This document shows positions 61,062-64,000 of a stretch of DNA of 64,000 bases, in pieces (the first letter of the stretch is position 1; every line of letters starts with the position of its first letter). This stretch comes from Selaginella moellendorffii (lineage: Eukaryota; Plantae; Lycopodiophyta). A program made the translations under genes and the position numbers. The stretch is from contig NW_003314281.1 of NCBI RefSeq assembly GCF_000143415.4, forward strand, positions 360,833-424,832, written 5' to 3'. The notes beneath the pieces are model-generated. The model was not told where the DNA came from, did no database searches, and saw nothing but the letters and a program-made list of their open reading frames with translations.

Positions 61062-64000
61062 ATGGCTTTGCACGCCAAATTCGTCTTGGCGTGCAAGGAT
61101 CCCTACGTCAGATTGACTGGATTCCCGGTAAGTTCTTCATTCCTTTTCTTATCTTCTCGAGACAAGTATTCGTTTCTCTTGTATAGGTGCTAGCGCATTG
61201 TAAAGAAATCTGCGCTGCAAGGCCTGGAGCTGGAGTGGCATCCACGCACCACGAAAAAATTGTTAGCAGCTTCTTTGGTTCTCTGCTGCGGCAAACGAGA
61301 AGTTTTCGACGTAGACCGCGACAGGCAATTGTTATTCATGGAGCCATGGACGTAAGTCTGGAGACAATCAACGACCTTGGATTGGACACGCTTACTTTCC
61401 TCGTCGCCACAGTGCTCGTCGTGCCTTCATTCAAAGCCTTCAAAGCAAGTCCTGTGAGTATTATTTTTCTCAACATGAAGCTCGAAAACTTTGTCTTTCT
61501 TTTGCGTAGATTTTGGGATTTCTCTTGTCTGGAGTAGTGATGAACCAGCTCGGACTTATCAGAAACGTGACGGACATCAAAGCTCTATCTGAACTAGGTA
61601 TACTTTTCCTTGTAAGTATTTTCGCTGTGAGCTTTTGTGATGTTTTCCTGATCGAATTTCTTTTCATTTCCAACAGCTCTTTGAAATGGGATTAGAATTG
61701 TCTCTCGCTCGTTTAAAAGCATTGGCCAAGTATGCATTTGGCATGGGATTTGCACAGGTGCTTGATCGTTTTCTAGCCTTTCGTTTGATATTTTTTGGTT
61801 TCCTATGCCAGGTTTTACTATCGACAGTAGCGTTCGCAGCATTTGAGCTTCCACCAAATGGAGCACTGGGAACTAGACTTCTCGAATTTCTTTTCCATTC
61901 TCGACCGGATCTTGTAAGTTTTGTGGGCAAACGGCCATCTTTTAACTGTCCTTTTAACAGGTAAATATTAGAACTGTAGACGAAGCTGTAGTTATTGGAG
62001 CGGGTTTATCATTGTCTTCTTCCGCATTTGTCTTGCAGGTTTGTTGTCCAAAATGCTTCTTTGTTAATTTGTTAAGTGCTGTATTTTTGCAGCTTCTTTC
62101 AGAGAAGGGAGAACTTCCAACAAGATTTGGCTCTGCCACCCTTGGAATTCTTCTCTTTCAAGTACAAAATGCGCAACAAACTTCTTTTACTAACATGGTA
62201 TTCCTAGGACATTGCTGTCGTACCTTTGCTGGTCATTCTACCAATTCTAGAAACCGGGGTATGTTATTCTGATATCTCATCTGCTCGTATCTTCATATCG
62301 ATATTACAGAATTTTTCACAAGAGAGTCTCTGGCCTGTAATGGCGGCTGAAAGTCTAAAAGCCTTGGGTGGCTTGGGAGCACTGTCCCTTGGTGGACAAT
62401 TACTTCTTCGTCGTATTTTTGAGGTTGGCCACCCCTCAAATCGCTTTATTTAATCGATTCAAATTGATACAGGTCGTAGCAGATGCAAGGAGCTCCGAAG
62501 CTTTTGTAGCTCTTTGTTTGCTTACAGTCACTGGAACGTCTCTGCTAACGCAAAAACTTGGGTTCAGCGACACGGTATGTGTATTCATACTCAGGAGATG
62601 CTTTTGTGCTGAATATTTCGTTGTGAAAGCTTGGAGCATTTCTCGCTGGTGCACTTCTAGCGGAGACAAATTATCGCACACAAGTCGAAGCAGACATTCG
62701 TCCTTTCAGAGGATTATTGCTTGGACTGTTTTTTGTAACGACGGGCACATCGATCGATCTCCAGGTGAGGACAGAGCATTGTTTTTGACCGATTTTGATA
62801 CTGTTCTATCCATTTTGCAGCTTTTAATTCGAGAGTGGCCAAATGTTTTAGCACTCCTAGGTGGCTTAATCGCGATAAAAACACTAATCACTACCGCCAT
62901 TGGCAAGAAAGTTGGCTTGTCACTGCCAGAAAGTGTTCGTACTGGTCTGCTTCTCTCACAAGGTGGAGAATTTGCCTTCGTGGTTTTCGCCCTTGCAAAC
63001 AGGTACTCACAAAAGCGAGCTTTAGTGCCACTTTCTTATTACTTTTGTTGCTGTACAGGCTTGGAGTATTGCCCTTGGAGCTCAACCGTTTACTCATTAT
63101 CGTGGTTGTATTGTCGATGGCTCTCACTCCTTTCTTGAACGAGTTTGGTCGCAAGCTTGCTAACATTATTGAGTTGAAAATTCAACAAGATTCCACGGAG
63201 GTATACTGGCTTTTCACGTTGAAGCTGATCCAGGTAGTCTTTACAGATTAAAAAGGTGGAAATTCCTAAAGTTGCTGAGCCGGTTGTTATTGTTGGATTT
63301 GGTCAGACTGGCCAGGTTTCTGATCTACAGCATAGCTTAGTTTGCTTACTTTGTTTTTCCAGGTTCTAGCCAACTTCCTGTCTACACCTCTAGCAAATGG
63401 TCCTGGCGGTGATGTTGAAGGCTGGCCATATCTAGCATTTGATCTTGATCCTAACCGCGTGAAGGCAAGCTGAAGTTAGAACTACAAGAAGCTTTTTGTT
63501 TCTCATCTCTTCTATCAGGTGTCTAGAACGCTGGGCTTTCCTGTCCTGTATGGAGATGGATCACGGCCATTGGTGTTACAAACTGCTGGGGTGGTGAAAC
63601 CGAAGGCACTCATGGTGATGTACACTGGCAGAGGAAGTGCTGTGCGAGCAGTGGAGAGGCTGCGACTAGCATTTCCAGAGGTATTTTCATGTTTTTTTTT
63701 TTTTTGCACTAACCACCTGCGTGGACAGACGCCTATATTTGCTAGAGCACAAGACTTGGGACACTTGCTCGAGCTTAAACAAGCCGGCGCTACTGATGCT
63801 ATCTTGGAAAACGCTGAGGTATGCAAGCCTTTGCTTTTCTCAGTGTTAAAAAAGCTTTAAAAACCATCAGACGAGCTTGGAGCTTGGGTCTGTGCTACTC
63901 CGGGGCCTCGGAGTCATGCCGGACGACGTCAACTTCTTGAGACGCATAATGCGCGAGTCTCTGGATGTCCAAGCGCAGGAAGCACTGGAGAAGAAAGCTG
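61062..64000 (+). CDS. KEA3: Thylakoid K+ efflux antiporter 3 (CPA2 plus KTN domain), runs off the window end
   Basis: INDLGLDTLTFL, LFEMGLELSLARLKALAK, LSLSSSAFVLQ, GILLFQDIAVV, LLSQGGEFAFV, GFGQTGQ and YGDGSRP. Confidence 0.93.

Overview
Eukaryotic plant DNA. Very short spliceosomal introns, a BK/Slo-type K+ channel, KEA3, alpha-tubulin and S1/P1 nucleases suggest a non-seed land plant, most plausibly the lycophyte Selaginella (inference). About 1-48.7 kb is repeat-rich. It holds nested, decayed Ty3/gypsy remnants with at least 7 copies of one ~1.1-kb LTR family, and two young full-length Ty3/gypsy elements (23482-28491 and 33561-40984). It also holds a BK channel gene, two intronless secreted defence-type genes (Gnk2/DUF26 and a bulb lectin), and an inverted, deletion-riddled copy of the downstream kinase/AKR locus. 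About 48.8-64 kb is a compact gene island: ethanolamine/choline kinase, aldo-keto reductase, alpha-tubulin, two S1/P1 nucleases, KEA3 and two unidentified genes. The most striking observation is the young chromovirus at 33561-40984. Two small GT-AG introns interrupt conserved integrase motifs. A predicted leader intron would excise the LTR end and the primer-binding site, and the 3' UTR is densely base-paired with tRNA T-arm mimics. Together these suggest a splicing-gated retrotransposon in which spliced RNA is mRNA only and unspliced RNA is the genome. The other young element has a clear -1 frameshift cassette (slippery site plus H-type pseudoknot) that appears inactivated by one C-to-T change.
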